The notes below the pieces were generated by a model. That model did no database searches, was not told where the DNA came from, and saw only the letters and a list, made by a program, of their open reading frames with translations. Shown here one piece after another: positions 63,861-64,000 of a stretch of 64,000 bases of DNA (positions are counted from its first letter, which is position 1; every line of letters starts with the position of its first letter). Source of the stretch: Eledone cirrhosa (taxonomy: Eukaryota). The DNA is taken from positions 346,890,001 to 346,954,000 of the forward strand of contig OZ024742.1 in the NCBI GenBank assembly GCA_964016885.1, read 5' to 3'. Made by a program: the position numbers and the translations under genes.

Positions 63861-64000
63861 TGTCTTACCTGCCAATTCCCCGTCTCTTGTGGATTGGAGG
63901 TTAAAAAGTACTTCAGCCTGTTTTAACTGTGATGTTTTAACTATGCTTGTAAATTTTAATATGGCCTCGGGTGTGATTAAAAGTCATTTGTCATCAAAAC

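Overview
Repeat-dense eukaryotic DNA with no recognisable host gene. The SINE types, microsatellite load and Dong/R4 LINEs suggest a cephalopod such as octopus, but that is an inference. 1-12.6 kb is a 27-bp satellite with higher-order block duplications. 13-23 kb is a mosaic of minisatellites (62, 22, 19 and 49 bp), microsatellites, tRNA-derived SINEs, LINE 3' fragments and two long palindromes carrying hammerhead-ribozyme-like cores. 23.5-57.8 kb is an almost uninterrupted stack of non-LTR retrotransposons. RLE-type Dong/R4-like elements lie on +, and APE-type Tx1-like elements lie mostly on -, nested in (TAA)n and (GATA)n microsatellites. 58-64 kb holds minisatellites, a Penelope-like remnant and an internally deleted mariner. 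The most notable observations are: (i) in all five Tx1-like ORF1/ORF2 junctions the ORF1 stop codon lies inside a perfect splice-donor consensus (G|GTRAGT) followed by a pyrimidine tract and AAC-AT(G); (ii) two apparent microsatellite-target specificities build the retroelement stack; (iii) one hammerhead-like motif has a compensatory U3-A8 core. All calls are by eye; no searches were run.
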